Notes under the pieces: generated by a model
Told to the model about the DNA's origin: nothing
Seen by the model: only the letters and a program-made list of their open reading frames with translations
The model's database searches: none
In this document: one piece after another, positions 51,592 to 63,332 of the stretch
How the letters are laid out: each line of letters opens with the position of its first letter
How positions within the stretch are numbered: the stretch's first letter is position 1
Translations under genes and position numbers: made by a program
Origin: Candidatus Obscuribacterales bacterium
GTDB lineage: Bacteria; Cyanobacteriota; Vampirovibrionia; Obscuribacterales; Obscuribacteraceae
NCBI GenBank assembly: GCA_965228855.1
Contig: CBDDIJ010000004.1
Location: forward strand, 118,138 to 182,137
Reading direction: 5' to 3'
Length of the DNA stretch: 64,000 nucleotides

Positions 51592-52464
51592 TCAGCTGTT
51601 TCCGTCAGGATCGAGAATCTTCGCCAGCGAAACCTTTGCCGAGCCCGGCTTGAGCGGCTTCTGCTGGCTTTCATGGGGCACCCAGCCCGACATCCAGATG
51701 AACGTGAAAGTCGCACGCACCTTGCCGTCGGGGTCGGAAAAGCGCTCGGCGTAGATTTCCGCCGCACGAGCGAAAAACTGACGGCTTGCCGGCCGTCGCG
51801 TCCTGTCCAGCAGCGCATTGGTCGAACCCATCGCCCGCAAATCGCGCAGCAGCCCGAACATCGAGCCGTACCGCACCGTCACCGTCTCGATGTCGGCGAC
51901 CGGCAGGCTGTAGCCGGCGCGCTGCAGCAGGGCGCCGGCGTCGCGCACGTCGGCGAAGGGCATCACCCTTGGGCTCGCTCCGCCGCTGATCTCGGTCTCC
52001 GCCGCCAGCAGGCTGTCGCGCAACTCGCCGAGCGTGCCGGCGCCGGCCATCGCCGCGAGCAGCAGGCCGTCGGGCCGCAGCGCGCGGCGGATCTGCGCCA
52101 GCATGCCGGGAACGTCGTTTGTCTCGTGCAGCGACAGCAGCGAGACTGCGAGGTCTAGGCTGGCGGGCTGAAGGGGCACCGTCTCGGGCGGTGCGACGAT
52201 CCCGTTGCGGCCGGCGAGGAAGGCGGCGTCGGCTTCGACGGCGATCACCTCGTCCACCTTGCCGCTGCGTCGCAGCAGTTCGGCGACCTGCGGGCCCTGG
52301 CAGAACAGGGCGGCGGCGGCGCCGAACCGCCGGCTGAGCGTCGCCAGCCGCTCGTCGAGGTCCTCGTGGACGCGGCGGACGAGGAAATCCGAACCGGGCG
52401 CCGCATTCGCCAGTGCGCGTCGCTTGCGCCTGAGAAGGAGTGCGGTGTCGAAGATCGGCTGCAA
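51592..52464 (-). CDS. SAM-dependent methyltransferase (BioC/NDUFAF5-like)
   Basis: SLDLAVSLLSLH, LRPDGLL, SGWVPHESQQKPLKPGSA. Confidence 0.9.
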   Translation of the reverse strand: MQPIFDTALLLRRKRRALANAAPGSDFLVRRVHEDLDERLATLSRRFGAAAALFCQGPQVAELLRRSGKVDEVIAVEADAAFLAGRNGIVAPPETVPLQPASLDLAVSLLSLHETNDVPGMLAQIRRALRPDGLLLAAMAGAGTLGELRDSLLAAETEISGGASPRVMPFADVRDAGALLQRAGYSLPVADIETVTVRYGSMFGLLRDLRAMGSTNALLDRTRRPASRQFFARAAEIYAERFSDPDGKVRATFTFIWMSGWVPHESQQKPLKPGSAKVSLAKILDPDGNS

Positions 52465-52538
52465 CGCTGGTTTCCTGCCGCGCAAGGACGCTGGTCCGGC
52501 CCGAGGCTTGTGCTATCGTGCGCGTCCCGTCCGACGTC

Positions 52539-53336
52539 GTGGCCGATCCGATGCCCGAGTTGATGCCCGAGATCAAGTTGTTTGCCAGGGCCGCGGCAAC
52601 TTTGCCGATGCGGGTGCTGTTCCCGCCCGTCTGCCTGGGGTGCCGCTGCCGGGTTGCCGCGCCGGGCACGCTTTGCGGCGGGTGCTGGCCGAAGCTGCGT
52701 TTCCTCGAACGCCCCTGGTGCGCCGTCATGGGGACGCCGTTCGCCCATGAGATGGGCGAGGGATTTCTGTCCGCCGAGGCGATCGCCACGCCGCCGCCGT
52801 TCGAGCGGGCGCGGGCTGCCGTCGCCTATTCCGGCATCGCCCGGCAGATGGTGCAAGGGCTGAAATACAACGACCGCACCGATCTCGCGCCGTGGATGGC
52901 CGGCTGGATGCTGCGGGCCGGCGCCGAACTGGTGGACGCCGCCGATGTCGTGGTGCCCGTGCCGTTGCATTGGCGGCGCTTCCTGTGGCGGCGGTTCAAC
53001 CAGTCGGCGGAGCTGGCGCGCGCCGTCGCGAAACGCTCGGCGCTGCGGTTCGAGCCGCTGGCGCTGGAGCGCCGCAAGGCGACGCGCCAGCAGGTCGGGC
53101 TCGGTGGGCGCGAGCGGGAGGACAATGTGCGCGGCGCCTTCAAGGTGCCGCCGCAGGCCGAGATCGCGGTGCGCGGACGGCGCGTGCTGCTGGTCGACGA
53201 CGTCTACACCACCGGGGCGACCGTCGCGGCGGCGACGCGGGCATTGAAGCGCGGCGGCGCCAGCGCCGTCGACGTGCTCACCTTCGCCCGTGTCCTGCCG
53301 GGGGACTTCCAGCCGGACGAGCCAGACACTATATAG
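52539..53336 (+). CDS. comF: ComF-family phosphoribosyltransferase
   Basis: Zn-finger Cys residues, VPVPLH, RRFNQS, LVDDVYTTGAT. Confidence 0.9.
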   Translation: MADPMPELMPEIKLFARAAATLPMRVLFPPVCLGCRCRVAAPGTLCGGCWPKLRFLERPWCAVMGTPFAHEMGEGFLSAEAIATPPPFERARAAVAYSGIARQMVQGLKYNDRTDLAPWMAGWMLRAGAELVDAADVVVPVPLHWRRFLWRRFNQSAELARAVAKRSALRFEPLALERRKATRQQVGLGGREREDNVRGAFKVPPQAEIAVRGRRVLLVDDVYTTGATVAAATRALKRGGASAVDVLTFARVLPGDFQPDEPDTI

Positions 53337-53379
53337 TCGGCCAAGGTATTCCGGCTGAAAGGCATTTCGGGTTCACGGC

Positions 53380-53649
53380 ATGGTCGACGTAACGATCTAC
53401 ACACGCATCATGTGCGGCTACTGTGCGGCGGCGAAGAGCCTGCTCGAACGCAAGGGCGTGATCTATACGGAACACGACGCCAGCTTTTCTCCCGAATTGC
53501 GGCAAGAGATGCTGGCGAAATCCAACGGCCGGTACACCTTCCCGCAGATATTCATCGGCGATGTCCATGTCGGCGGCTCCGACGACCTGCACGCGCTGGA
53601 GGCGCAGGGCAGGCTCGACGCGCTGCTGGCGTCCGGCAGGCTGGGCTAG
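53380..53649 (+). CDS. grxC: Glutaredoxin 3
   Basis: CGYC, TFPQIFI, GGSDDL. Confidence 0.93.
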   Translation: MVDVTIYTRIMCGYCAAAKSLLERKGVIYTEHDASFSPELRQEMLAKSNGRYTFPQIFIGDVHVGGSDDLHALEAQGRLDALLASGRLG

Positions 53650-53661
53650 AGGGAACTGACG

Positions 53662-54527
53662 ATGGCGATCTTCAAGGGCGGCTGCGATCCAGATGCGTTC
53701 GGGCGAAAGCGTTGCGCGCAACGTGGAAACCTTCGAGACCATGGTCCGTGCCGCGGCAAAGGCTGGCGCCTCCTACGTCCAGTCGCCCCGAGATGACCGG
53801 CGCGCTGGTGCGCGACGAGGCCGCCCGCAAGGTCGCCTTCAAGCCGGAAGACCAGGATACTCTGGCCGCGGCGGCCAGCGGGCTTGCGAAACAACTGGGC
53901 ATTGTCGTCCACGTCGGCTCGACGGCGATCGCCCGCGACGACGGCAAGTTGGCCAACCGGGCGCTGGTCTACGGACCCGACGGCAGCCGCATCGCCGCCT
54001 ACGACAAGATCCACATGTTCGACGTCGACCTCGACAATGGCGAAAGCTGGCGTGAATCCTCGGCCTACGAGCCTGGCACCGCGACCTCCGTCGTCGACAC
54101 CGGCGATGCCCGCATCGGCCTCGCCATCTGCTACGATCTCCGGTTCCCGCAACTGTTCCGCGCTCAGGCGCTGGCGGGCGCCAACATGCTCACCGTGCCG
54201 GCGGCGTTCACGCGCCAGACCGGCGAGGCGCACTGGCACATCCTGTTGCGCGCCCGCGCCATCGAGAACGGCGCCTGGGTCGTCGCGGCGGCGCAGGGCG
54301 GCAGGCATGAGGACGGCCGCGAGACCTACGGTCATTCGCTGATCGTCGATCCCTGGGGGCGCATAGTCGCCGAGGTGGCCGGCGACGAGCCGGGAATGGC
54401 GATTGCCGAGATCGACGTCGAGGCCTCGGCGGCGGCGCGCCGCAAGGTGCCCAATCTCAAGAACGCGCGGGAATTCAAGGTGGCTCCCGCCGGCGGCAAC
54501 GTTGCCTTGCGGGGCGCCGCATCGTGA
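53662..54527 (+). CDS. Carbon-nitrogen hydrolase (Nit1-like) with two apparent +1 indels
   Basis: QMRSG...PE, YDKIHMFDV, ICYDLRFP; extra G at 53676-78 and extra C at 53786-89. Confidence 0.85.
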
Positions 54528-54949
54528 TCCGCTTCGCCCTCCGCTGCGAGCAGGACCACGAGTTCGAAGCCTGGTTCGGCAGCAGCGCCGACTACGACAA
54601 GCAGAAGAAACGCGGTTTGGTCGAATGCCCGCATTGCGGCTCGAAGAAGGTCGACAAGGCGCTGATGGCGCCGTCCGTCTCGACGAGCCGCAGGCAGGAG
54701 AAGATGGCGCTCGCCATGGGCGCGCAGCAGCGCGAGGCGATGGCGCAGCTGAAGGCGCTGTCGGAGAAGATGCGCGAGAACGCCGACTATGTCGGCGGCA
54801 AGTTTGCCGAGGAAGCGCGCAAGATCCATTTCGGCGAGACGGAAGCACGCGGCATCTACGGTGAAGCCACACCCGACGAGGCCCGCAGCCTGGTCGAGGA
54901 CGGCGTCGAGTTCATGCCGATCCCGGTGTTCCCGGACGACAGGAACTGA
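54524..54949 (+). CDS. DUF1178-family protein
   Basis: LRCEQDHEFEAWF, CPHCGS, FAEEARKIH. Confidence 0.9.
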   Translation: MIRFALRCEQDHEFEAWFGSSADYDKQKKRGLVECPHCGSKKVDKALMAPSVSTSRRQEKMALAMGAQQREAMAQLKALSEKMRENADYVGGKFAEEARKIHFGETEARGIYGEATPDEARSLVEDGVEFMPIPVFPDDRN

Positions 54950-54965
54950 CCGTCTGGGCGCAGCA

Positions 54966-55451
54966 TCAGCTCGCCGAAACGATCACCTTTTCCAGCAGTT
55001 CGATCAGTTTTTCCTGCTCCTCGACGGTCACGCCCGCGAGGATGCGGTGCTCGTTGGCGACATGGGCAGCGACGGCCTCGTCGATCAGCTCCTTGCCCTT
55101 GCCGGTGAGCTGCACCATCACGCCGCGGCGGTCGTCGGGATGCGGCTGGCGGGCGATCAGGCCGGCCTTTTCCAGCCGGTCCAGCCGGTTGGTCATCGCG
55201 CCCGAGGTCACCATCGTCGCCTCGTAGAGCGCCGTCGGCGTCAGTGCGTGGGGTGCGCCCGAGCGGCGCAAGGTTGCCAGCACATCGAACTCGCCCTGCT
55301 GCAGGCCGAACTGCGCGAATACCGGAGCAAGGCGCTCTCGCGAAATCAGGCTGGACGCCTCGCTGATCCTGCCGATGACGGCCATCGGCCGGACGTCGAG
55401 ATCCGGCCTTTCTCGTCGCCACTGCTCGATCGCCCGCGCCGCACGTCCCAT
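54966..55451 (-). CDS. pecS: MarR-family regulator (PecS-like)
   Basis: QWRRERPD, FDVLATLRRSG, SGAMTNRLDRLE; divergent from a DMT gene. Confidence 0.7.
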   Translation of the reverse strand: MGRAARAIEQWRRERPDLDVRPMAVIGRISEASSLISRERLAPVFAQFGLQQGEFDVLATLRRSGAPHALTPTALYEATMVTSGAMTNRLDRLEKAGLIARQPHPDDRRGVMVQLTGKGKELIDEAVAAHVANEHRILAGVTVEEQEKLIELLEKVIVSAS

Positions 55452-55467
55452 TCTTTGCCACCAAGTG

Positions 55468-55496
55468 TCTTGATGTTAAGATTCTTTACGCTATGA
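55468..55496. promoter_or_regulatory. MarR/PecS-type operator dyads
   Basis: TCTTGATGTTAAGA plus a weaker copy TCTTTACGCTATGA between the divergent genes. Confidence 0.55.
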
Positions 55497-55539
55497 TAAC
55501 TCAAACGGACACGCCGTCCAAGCTTGTCGGACAAGAATC

Positions 55540-56450
55540 ATGGCTAACCTCTGGAATTCCGCAATTGCCCTGCTGCTGATCACCGGCGGCTTTCTCGGGC
55601 TGACGCTGCCGTTCGGCAAGCTGGCCACCACCGCGGGTTTCGCCGCGCCTGCCTGGGCGTTCGTGATTTCCGCCGGCGGCGGGCTGGTCCTGCTGACCGC
55701 GCTGCTGGCCTCGGGCCGTGGCGTCGGCCTGGCGCCGCGCAAGCTGCGTTATTACGCCATCACCGCCGCGATCTCCTACGCCATCCCCAACATACTGATC
55801 TTCATGGTCATCCCGCATCTCGGGGCGGGATACACCGGCATCCTGTTCACCTTGTCGCCGGTCATCACGCTGATGCTGTCGCTGGTTCTGGGCATCCGCC
55901 GCCCAGCGCGCTCGGCATCGCCGGCATCGCGGTCGGGTTCGCGGGCGCACTGCTGGTGGCGCTGACACGCGGCGAGGCGGGCCGGCCGGCGGACTTCCTG
56001 TGGGTCGGGCTCGGTCTGCTGATCCCGCTCAGCCTCGCCGCCGGCAACATCTACCGCACCGCGGACTGGCCGAAGGATGCCGGGCCGATCGAGCTTGCCG
56101 CCGGCAGCAACCTCGTCTCCGCGCTTATTCTGCTTGGCCTTATGGTGGCGATGTTCGGCGCGCGCCGCTCGCTCCGGTCGCCGACAAACATCGGCCTCAC
56201 TGTGGCGCAGGTGGCGGCCTCGGCCGGCATGTTCGTGTTCTTCTTCCGGCTGCAGTCGGTCGGAGGGCCGGTCTATCTCAGCCAGATCGGTTACGTCGCC
56301 GCGGCGATCGGGCTGGCGTCCGGCACGATCTTCCTCGGCGAGCGCTACCAGCTGCTCACCTGGCTCGGCGCGCTGGTCGTCGGGGCGGGTGTTGCGCTGA
56401 CGACGAAGGCGCAGTCGGCTCCGTCATCCCTATCCACCGCGAAAACCTGA
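55540..56450 (+). CDS. EamA/DMT transporter with an apparent frameshift near 55902
   Basis: Two EamA halves in different frames; adding one C restores RRPSALGIAGI. Confidence 0.8.
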
Positions 56451-56777
56451 CCCGGCCTGTTTCACCAGCTTCGCCGGCGCGACGTTGCGCCAGGCCGTCG
56501 TCAGCGCGCTGCGCAAGGTCATTTCATCGGCATGCGGCAGCGTGATCGCGGTCCAGCCCAGCCGGCCCCAGCCGCCCGGGACGGCCGAAAAGATCGCCGG
56601 CTCGGCGCCGGCCATCATCTCCTGCTGCTCGCGCGACAGCTTGATGACTGCCCGGTCGTCGTCGGGCAGCGACATGAAGATCTTGTTGCGGACCCGGAAG
56701 TCGGCCTTGCCGAAATGCGATTTTTCCTCGGCCTCCGGCAGGGCGAGCGCGATCCTTCGGGCGTCGGCGGCGTTCAT
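56430..56777 (-). CDS. MmcQ/YjbR-family protein
   Basis: ALALPEA, HFGKADFRVRNKIF, WGRLGW. Confidence 0.88.
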   Translation of the reverse strand: MNAADARRIALALPEAEEKSHFGKADFRVRNKIFMSLPDDDRAVIKLSREQQEMMAGAEPAIFSAVPGGWGRLGWTAITLPHADEMTLRSALTTAWRNVAPAKLVKQAGSGFRGG

Positions 56778-56878
56778 GGCGGCTCCGTGAGCGATGTTCC
56801 GCCAAAGCTACGGCGCGCCGGGGCGGCCGTCTTGAAGGAATGTTACCGCCGGATTTTGGGGCCGGGCCGCCTTCGCCC

Positions 56879-57631
56879 TCAGGCGGCCGACAGCTTTTCG
56901 GCCAGCACCATGTAGTTGACGTCCATGTCGCGGGAGCGCTGCCAGCGGTCGGCGAGCAGGTTGTAGACGACGCCTGTGCGGTCGGCGATCGCCATGCCGG
57001 AGGCCGACAGCGCCTTCTCGAGCTCATCCGGTCGGACCAGCTTGCCGAACTGGTGGGTGCCGCGCGGCAGCCAGCGCAGCACGTATTCGGCGCCGATGAT
57101 GGCGAGGCCGAGCGCCTTGACGGTGCGGTTGATGGTGGCGACGAACATCACGCCGCCCGGCTTCACCATCGCCGCGCATTTGGCGATGTAGAGGTCGACG
57201 TCGGCAACGTGCTCGACCACTTCCATGTTGAGGATGACGTCGAATTTCTCTCCGGCGTCGGCCAGCGCCTCGGCCGTGGTGGCGCGATAGTCGATCGACA
57301 GGCCGCCTCCGGCTGCATGCAGCTTCGCCACCTCGATGTTGGTCTCCGAGGCATCGGCGCCGACGACGGTGGCGCCGAGCCGCGCCATCGGCTCGCACAG
57401 CAGCCCGCCGCCGCAGCCGATGTCGAGGATACGCAGGCCCTCGAACGGCCGCGCCGCATGCGGATCGCGACCGAAGCGGGTCGCCACCTGGTCGCGGATG
57501 TAACCCAGCCGGACCGGGTTGAACTTGTGCAGCGGCTTGAACTTGCCCGACGGGTTCCACCATTCGGCGGCCATCGCGGAGAAGCGCTCGACTTCGGCGA
57601 CGTCGATCGTCGTTCGGGCGGTTTCTGGCAT
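56879..57631 (-). CDS. ubiG: Ubiquinone biosynthesis O-methyltransferase
   Basis: [31 protein letters not shown]. Confidence 0.96.
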   Translation of the reverse strand: MPETARTTIDVAEVERFSAMAAEWWNPSGKFKPLHKFNPVRLGYIRDQVATRFGRDPHAARPFEGLRILDIGCGGGLLCEPMARLGATVVGADASETNIEVAKLHAAGGGLSIDYRATTAEALADAGEKFDVILNMEVVEHVADVDLYIAKCAAMVKPGGVMFVATINRTVKALGLAIIGAEYVLRWLPRGTHQFGKLVRPDELEKALSASGMAIADRTGVVYNLLADRWQRSRDMDVNYMVLAEKLSAA

Positions 57632-57735
57632 GGGCGGGGTCTCCTTCGCGGAGACAAGGAAGTCGGGCGCGAGCGGAAGAATGTCAAGGCGCGATGAGGT
57701 CGCTGCCTGAACGGCCACGCCGCCACCCGTCCGCC

Positions 57736-58461
57736 TCACCGGTCTGGGCCGGGCATTCCGTGCGCGGTTTCGATGCGTTCGGCCACCAGTTCCTGCATGC
57801 GCCACAAATGATGGTCGCGGATGCCGATCTCCTCCAGTTGCACCACCGTGGAATGCAGGTATTCGGCCATCGAGCCCCAGTGCCCGCAGGCAGCGGCCAG
57901 CACGTCGGCCACGGCCTCGTCGCCCAGCCCGCTGACGTAGCGACCGCTGTTGCGGTCGATGGCGAAGGTCAATGCACGGATACGGCCTGCGTCGGTCGCC
58001 ACCCAGATCCAGCGTGGCGGAAACGCCGTCGGCACCATGCTCATCTCGCGGCGGATCAGCCTGCCGAGATTTGCCGCTATCGCTGCGTCGGGCAGGCGGA
58101 ACATGACGCCGCCGCACTGGCCGCCGCGATCCAGCGCCAGCATCAGGCCGGGCGTCTCGATGCTGCCGCGGAAGCGGTAGTCCCAGCCGAGGCAGAAGGT
58201 GCGGCGCCAGCCGCGCGCCAGAGCGGCGCGGCGGTCGACGAATTCGAACGCCGGGTTCCAGATCAGCGAGCCATAGGCGAACAGCCAGAACGCACCGGCG
58301 GGCGCGCCCGCCATGATGCCGGAGACCATGGCGTCGTAGTCTTCGTCCGTCGCCGGCCTGCGGTTGGGGAAGACCTGCGGGCCGGGATCGGCGATCTCGC
58401 GCGCCACCCTGGCGACGTGATCGCGTGTCAGTCGCATCTGGCGTGGCGGTCTGGCGTCCAT
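57736..58461 (-). CDS. ChaC-family gamma-glutamylcyclotransferase
   Basis: [30 protein letters not shown]. Confidence 0.9.
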   Translation of the reverse strand: MDARPPRQMRLTRDHVARVAREIADPGPQVFPNRRPATDEDYDAMVSGIMAGAPAGAFWLFAYGSLIWNPAFEFVDRRAALARGWRRTFCLGWDYRFRGSIETPGLMLALDRGGQCGGVMFRLPDAAIAANLGRLIRREMSMVPTAFPPRWIWVATDAGRIRALTFAIDRNSGRYVSGLGDEAVADVLAAACGHWGSMAEYLHSTVVQLEEIGIRDHHLWRMQELVAERIETAHGMPGPDR

Positions 58462-58645
58462 CGTCTGTCCCGGATCGGTCCGCCGGATATTCCAGCAGGG
58501 GCAGCGGCCTGGCAAGCAGCTGCGCCTTGCTTGCACACCCCGGCCGTTTTGGTTATGGAGGCCGCGCATCCCGCGCCTCGGATTTCCGGGGCGCTTTCAT
58601 TTGGTCGTCCACGCCGTTCCGGCACTCCGAGGGCATACCGCTTCC

Positions 58646-59899
58646 ATGGCGCGCATCGTGATGAAATTCGGCGGGACGTCCGTCGCCGACATCAGCCGCA
58701 TCCGCAATGTGGCGCGTCACGTCAAACGTGAGGTCGATGCCGGCCACGAGGTCGCGGTCGTGGTGTCGGCGATGGCCGGCAAGACCAACGAACTGGTGGC
58801 GTGGACGCGCGAAGCCTCGCCGATGCACGACGCACGCGAATACGACGCCGTCGTCGCTTCGGGCGAGCAGGTCACCGCAGGGCTGCTGGCCATCGCGCTG
58901 CAGCACATGGGCGTCAACGCCCGCTCCTGGCAGGGCTGGCAGATCCCGATCCGCACCGACAACGCCCATGGCGCTGCCCGCATCCAGGAGATCGACGGGT
59001 CGTTCCTGGTCAAGCGTTTCGGCGAGGGCCAGGTGGCGGTCATTGCCGGCTTCCAGGGCCTGGCGCCGGACAACCGGATCGCGACGCTCGGCCGTGGCGG
59101 TTCCGACACCAGCGCGGTCGCCATCGCAGCGGCGGTCAAGGCCGATCGCTGCGACATCTACACCGATGTCGACGGGGTCTACACCACCGATCCGCGCATC
59201 GAGCCAAAGGCGCGGCGGCTTTCCAAGATCTCGTTCGAGGAGATGCTGGAAATGGCGTCGCTCGGCGCCAAGGTGCTGCAGGTGCGCTCGGTCGAGCTCG
59301 CCATGGTCCACCGGGTGCGGACCTTCGTGCGCTCCTCGTTCGAGGATCCCGACGCGCCCGGCATGGGCGAGCTTCTCAATCCGCCCGGAACGCTCATTTG
59401 CGACGAGGAAGAAATCGTGGAACAGCAGGTCGTCACCGGAATCGCCTACGCCAAGGACGAAGCCCAGATTTCGCTGCGCCGCGTGGCCGACAGGCCGGGC
59501 GTTGCCGGCGGCATCTTCGGCCCGCTCGCCGAGGCCAACATCAATGTCGACATGATCGTCCAGAACATCTCCGAGGACGGCAAGTTCACCGACATGACCT
59601 TCACGGTGCCGTCGGGCGATGTCGACAAGGCGCTGGCGGTGCTGGCCAAGGTCAAGGAGACCATCGGTTTCGACCTCGTCCAGTCGGAGCCCGGCATGTC
59701 GAAGGTCTCGGTCATCGGCATCGGCATGCGCAGCCATGCCGGTGTCGCCGCCACCGCCTTCAAGGCGCTGGCTGACAGGTCGATCAATATCCGCGCGATC
59801 ACCACCTCGGAGATCAAGATCTCGATCCTGATCGACGGTCCCTATACCGAACTCGCAGTTCGGACTTTGCATTCCGTCTACGGTCTGGATAAGCAGTAG
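58646..59899 (+). CDS. lysC: Aspartate kinase
   Basis: MKFGGTS, LGRGGSDTSA, two ACT domains. Confidence 0.97.
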   Translation: MARIVMKFGGTSVADISRIRNVARHVKREVDAGHEVAVVVSAMAGKTNELVAWTREASPMHDAREYDAVVASGEQVTAGLLAIALQHMGVNARSWQGWQIPIRTDNAHGAARIQEIDGSFLVKRFGEGQVAVIAGFQGLAPDNRIATLGRGGSDTSAVAIAAAVKADRCDIYTDVDGVYTTDPRIEPKARRLSKISFEEMLEMASLGAKVLQVRSVELAMVHRVRTFVRSSFEDPDAPGMGELLNPPGTLICDEEEIVEQQVVTGIAYAKDEAQISLRRVADRPGVAGGIFGPLAEANINVDMIVQNISEDGKFTDMTFTVPSGDVDKALAVLAKVKETIGFDLVQSEPGMSKVSVIGIGMRSHAGVAATAFKALADRSINIRAITTSEIKISILIDGPYTELAVRTLHSVYGLDKQ

Positions 59900-59978
59900 T
59901 TTGACATTTTCGCTCCCGGCACGACCGGCCGCGTCGCACCGACGCCGGCCGGAAAAGCCGTTGGAAAGGCCTTAACCG

Positions 59979-62249
59979 ATGCGTGATCCCGCCGCCGGTC
60001 CGCGCGTTCTCCTGAGACGGCTCCGCGAGCTCATGGCCGAGCCGCTGGAGCCGCAGGAGCGGCTCGACCGCATCGTCCGCGAGATCGCCGCCAACATGGT
60101 GGCCGAGGTCTGCTCGCTCTACGTGCTGCGCGCCGATTCGGTGCTCGAACTCTACGCCACCGAGGGCCTGAACCCGAGCGCCGTGCACCTGGCGCAGTTG
60201 CGGCTCGGGCAAGGTCTGGTAGGCACCATCGCCGCCAGCGCCCGTCCGCTCAACCTTTCCGACGCCCAGCGCCATCCGGCCTTCGCCTACCTGCCGGAGA
60301 CGGGTGAAGAAATCTACCACTCGTTCCTCGGCGTCCCGGTGCTGCGCGCCGGCCGCACGCTCGGCGTGCTCGTCGTGCAGAACCGCACGATGCGGCACTA
60401 TCGCGAGGACGAGATCGAGGCGCTGGAGACGACGGCGATGGTGATTGCCGAGATGATCGCCACCGGCGATCTGGCGCGGCTCACCCGTCCCGGGCTCGAA
60501 CTCGACCTGCGCCGGCCGGTCAGCTTCACCGGCCTGTCCTTCAACGACGGCGTCGGCCTCGGTTATGTGGTGCTGCACGAGCCGCGCATCGTCGTCACCA
60601 ACCTGTTCAACGAGGACAGCGAGCAGGAACTGCGCCGGCTCGAGCAGGCGCTGGGATCGCTGCGCCTGTCGATCGACGACATGCTGTCGCGCCGCGACGT
60701 GGCCTTCGAGGGCGAACACCGCGAGGTGCTCGAGGCCTACCGCATGTTCGCCAACGACCGGGGCTGGGTGCGCCGCCTCGAGGAGGCGGTGAAGAACGGT
60801 CTCACCGCCGAGGCGGCGGTCGAGAAGGTGCAGAGCGACATGCGCGCCCGCATGATGCACATGACCGATCCGTTCATGCGCGAGCGGATGAGCGATTTCG
60901 ACGATCTCGCCAACCGCCTGCTGCGCCAGCTGATGGGCCACGGTCCGGAGGTCCTCGCTGCGACGTTGCCGAAGGACGCCATCATCGTCGCGCGCTCGAT
61001 GGGCGCCGCCGAGCTGCTGGACTATCCGCGCGAGAAGCTGCGCGGGCTGGTGCTGGAGGACGGTGCGGTGACCAGCCACGTGGTCATCGTCGCACGCGCC
61101 ATGGGCATTCCCGTCGCCGGCCAGATGAAGGGCGCCGTGTCGATGGCCGAGAACGGCGATGCCATCATCGTCGACGGCGAGGAAGGCCGGATATTCCTTC
61201 GCCCGCAGCCGGACGTCGAGACGTCCTATGCGGAAAAGGTCCGTTTCCGGGCGCGCCGGCAGGAACTCTACCGCGAACTCCGCAACCAGCCGTCGCAGAC
61301 CAGGGATGGCGTCCATGTCGACCTGCTGATGAATGCCGGCCTCGCGGTCGACCTGCCGCAACTCGCCGAATCGGGCGCCGCCGGCATCGGGCTGTTCCGC
61401 ACCGAACTGCAATTCATGGTCGCCGCGACCTTCCCGCGCGCGGAGGCGCAGGAGCGGCTCTACCGCGACGTTCTCGATGCCGCTGGCAAACGGCCGGTGA
61501 CCTTCCGCACCATCGACATCGGCGGTGACAAGGTGCTGCCCTATTTCAAGAATGTCGTGCATGAGGAAAACCCGGCGCTCGGCTGGCGGGCGATCCGGCT
61601 GACGCTCGACCGTCCGGCGCTGCTGCGCACGCAGGTTAGGGCGCTGCTCAAGGCGGCCGGCGGACGCGAACTGCGGCTGATGCTGCCGATGGTCACCGAA
61701 CTCGGCGAGATATTCCAGGCGCGCGAGATCATCGACCGCGAAGTGCGTCATCTGTCGCGCTTCGCCCACGACCTGCCGACGGTGCTGCGCATCGGCGCCA
61801 TGCTGGAGGTGCCGTCGCTGCTGTGGCAGCTCGACGAACTGATGCGCACGGTGGACTTCGTTTCCGTCGGCTCCAACGATTTGTTCCAGTTCGTCATGGC
61901 GACCGACCGCGGCAACACTCAATTGTCCGACCGCTTCGATCCGCTGTCGGTGCCGTTCCTGCGGGTGCTGAAACAGATCGCCGACGCCGGCAAGACGTCC
62001 GGCACGCCGGTGACGCTTTGCGGCGAACTGGCCGGCAGACCGGTTTCGGCCATGACTTTGATCGGCCTCGGCTACCGGTCGATCTCGATGTCGCCGGCGG
62101 CGATCGGTCCGGTCAAGGCGATGCTGACCGAACTGCCGCTCGAAACGCTGGAGGCGTTCCTCGCCGATGCGCTGGCCAGGCCGGGCGCCGGGCGCGACAT
62201 GCGCAAGGACCTCATCGCCTTCGCAACGGAAAACGGCATCCCGCTCTGA
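59979..62249 (+). CDS. ptsP: Enzyme I(Ntr), GAF-containing PEP-protein phosphotransferase
   Basis: GAF domain, TSHVVI, GLFRTE, GSNDL, CGE. Confidence 0.97.
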   Translation: MRDPAAGPRVLLRRLRELMAEPLEPQERLDRIVREIAANMVAEVCSLYVLRADSVLELYATEGLNPSAVHLAQLRLGQGLVGTIAASARPLNLSDAQRHPAFAYLPETGEEIYHSFLGVPVLRAGRTLGVLVVQNRTMRHYREDEIEALETTAMVIAEMIATGDLARLTRPGLELDLRRPVSFTGLSFNDGVGLGYVVLHEPRIVVTNLFNEDSEQELRRLEQALGSLRLSIDDMLSRRDVAFEGEHREVLEAYRMFANDRGWVRRLEEAVKNGLTAEAAVEKVQSDMRARMMHMTDPFMRERMSDFDDLANRLLRQLMGHGPEVLAATLPKDAIIVARSMGAAELLDYPREKLRGLVLEDGAVTSHVVIVARAMGIPVAGQMKGAVSMAENGDAIIVDGEEGRIFLRPQPDVETSYAEKVRFRARRQELYRELRNQPSQTRDGVHVDLLMNAGLAVDLPQLAESGAAGIGLFRTELQFMVAATFPRAEAQERLYRDVLDAAGKRPVTFRTIDIGGDKVLPYFKNVVHEENPALGWRAIRLTLDRPALLRTQVRALLKAAGGRELRLMLPMVTELGEIFQAREIIDREVRHLSRFAHDLPTVLRIGAMLEVPSLLWQLDELMRTVDFVSVGSNDLFQFVMATDRGNTQLSDRFDPLSVPFLRVLKQIADAGKTSGTPVTLCGELAGRPVSAMTLIGLGYRSISMSPAAIGPVKAMLTELPLETLEAFLADALARPGAGRDMRKDLIAFATENGIPL

Positions 62250-62251
62250 CC

Positions 62252-63328
62252 ATGCTCAATCTGCCGCGCGATCGCATGGACCAGGTGGTGAAGCGTTTCG
62301 AGCTGATCGAGGCGCAGATGGCGGCCGGGCCGTCGGCCGAGGAATATGTCCGCCTGGCCTCGGAGTACTCCGAACTCAAGGACATGGCGGAGAAGGTCCG
62401 CGAGTTGCGAGCCGCCGAGCGCGAGCATGCCGACCTTGAAGCCATGCTGGCCGACAGCGCCACCGACGCCGAGATGCGGGCACTGGCCGAAGCCGACTTG
62501 CCGGCGGTCGATGCCCGCATGGAGGCCTTGCAGCATGAGATGCAGATACTGCTTCTGCCGCGCGATGCCGCCGACGAGCGCAACGCGATCCTCGAGATCC
62601 GCGCCGGCACCGGCGGCGACGAGGCGGCGCTGTTCGCCGGCGACCTCTACCGCATGTACGAACGCTACGCTTCGACGCGCGGCTGGCGGTTCGAGATCAT
62701 GTCGGCGAGCGACGGCGATGTCGGCGGCTACAAGGAAATCATCGCGACCGTGTCGGGCCGGGGAGTGTTTGCCCACATGAAGTTCGAATCGGGCGTGCAC
62801 CGCGTCCAGCGGGTGCCCGAGACCGAGGCCGGCGGACGCATCCACACCTCGGCGGCGACGGTCGCTGTCCTCCCCGAGGCCCAGGAAGTCGACATCGAGA
62901 TCAAGGCCGACGACATCCGCGTCGACACCACGCGCGCGTCGAGTTCCGGCGGCCAGCATGCCAACACCACCGAAACCGCGGTGCGCATCCTGCACATTCC
63001 GACCGGCATCATCGTCGTGCAGGCGGAAAAGTCGCAGCACCAGAACCGGGCGCGGGCCATGCAGATCCTGCGCGCCAGGCTCTACGATCTCGAGCGCTCG
63101 CGGGCGGCGCAGGAACGCTCCGAGTCGCGCAAGCTGCAGGTGGGTTCGGGCGACCGTTCGGAGCGCATCCGCACCTACAATTTCCCGCAAGGCCGGGTGA
63201 CCGACCATCGCATCAACCTGACGCTCTACAAGCTCGACCGGGTGATGGAGGGCGAACTCGACGAGATCATCGACGCGCTGATCGCCGACCATCAGTCGAA
63301 ACTGCTGGCGGACGTCGGAGCGGGGTGA
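62252..63328 (+). CDS. prfA: Peptide chain release factor 1
   Basis: GTGGDEA, PET specificity motif, [17 protein letters not shown]; lysC-ptsP-prfA-prmC synteny. Confidence 0.96.
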   Translation: MLNLPRDRMDQVVKRFELIEAQMAAGPSAEEYVRLASEYSELKDMAEKVRELRAAEREHADLEAMLADSATDAEMRALAEADLPAVDARMEALQHEMQILLLPRDAADERNAILEIRAGTGGDEAALFAGDLYRMYERYASTRGWRFEIMSASDGDVGGYKEIIATVSGRGVFAHMKFESGVHRVQRVPETEAGGRIHTSAATVAVLPEAQEVDIEIKADDIRVDTTRASSSGGQHANTTETAVRILHIPTGIIVVQAEKSQHQNRARAMQILRARLYDLERSRAAQERSESRKLQVGSGDRSERIRTYNFPQGRVTDHRINLTLYKLDRVMEGELDEIIDALIADHQSKLLADVGAG

Positions 63329-63332
63329 ATAC

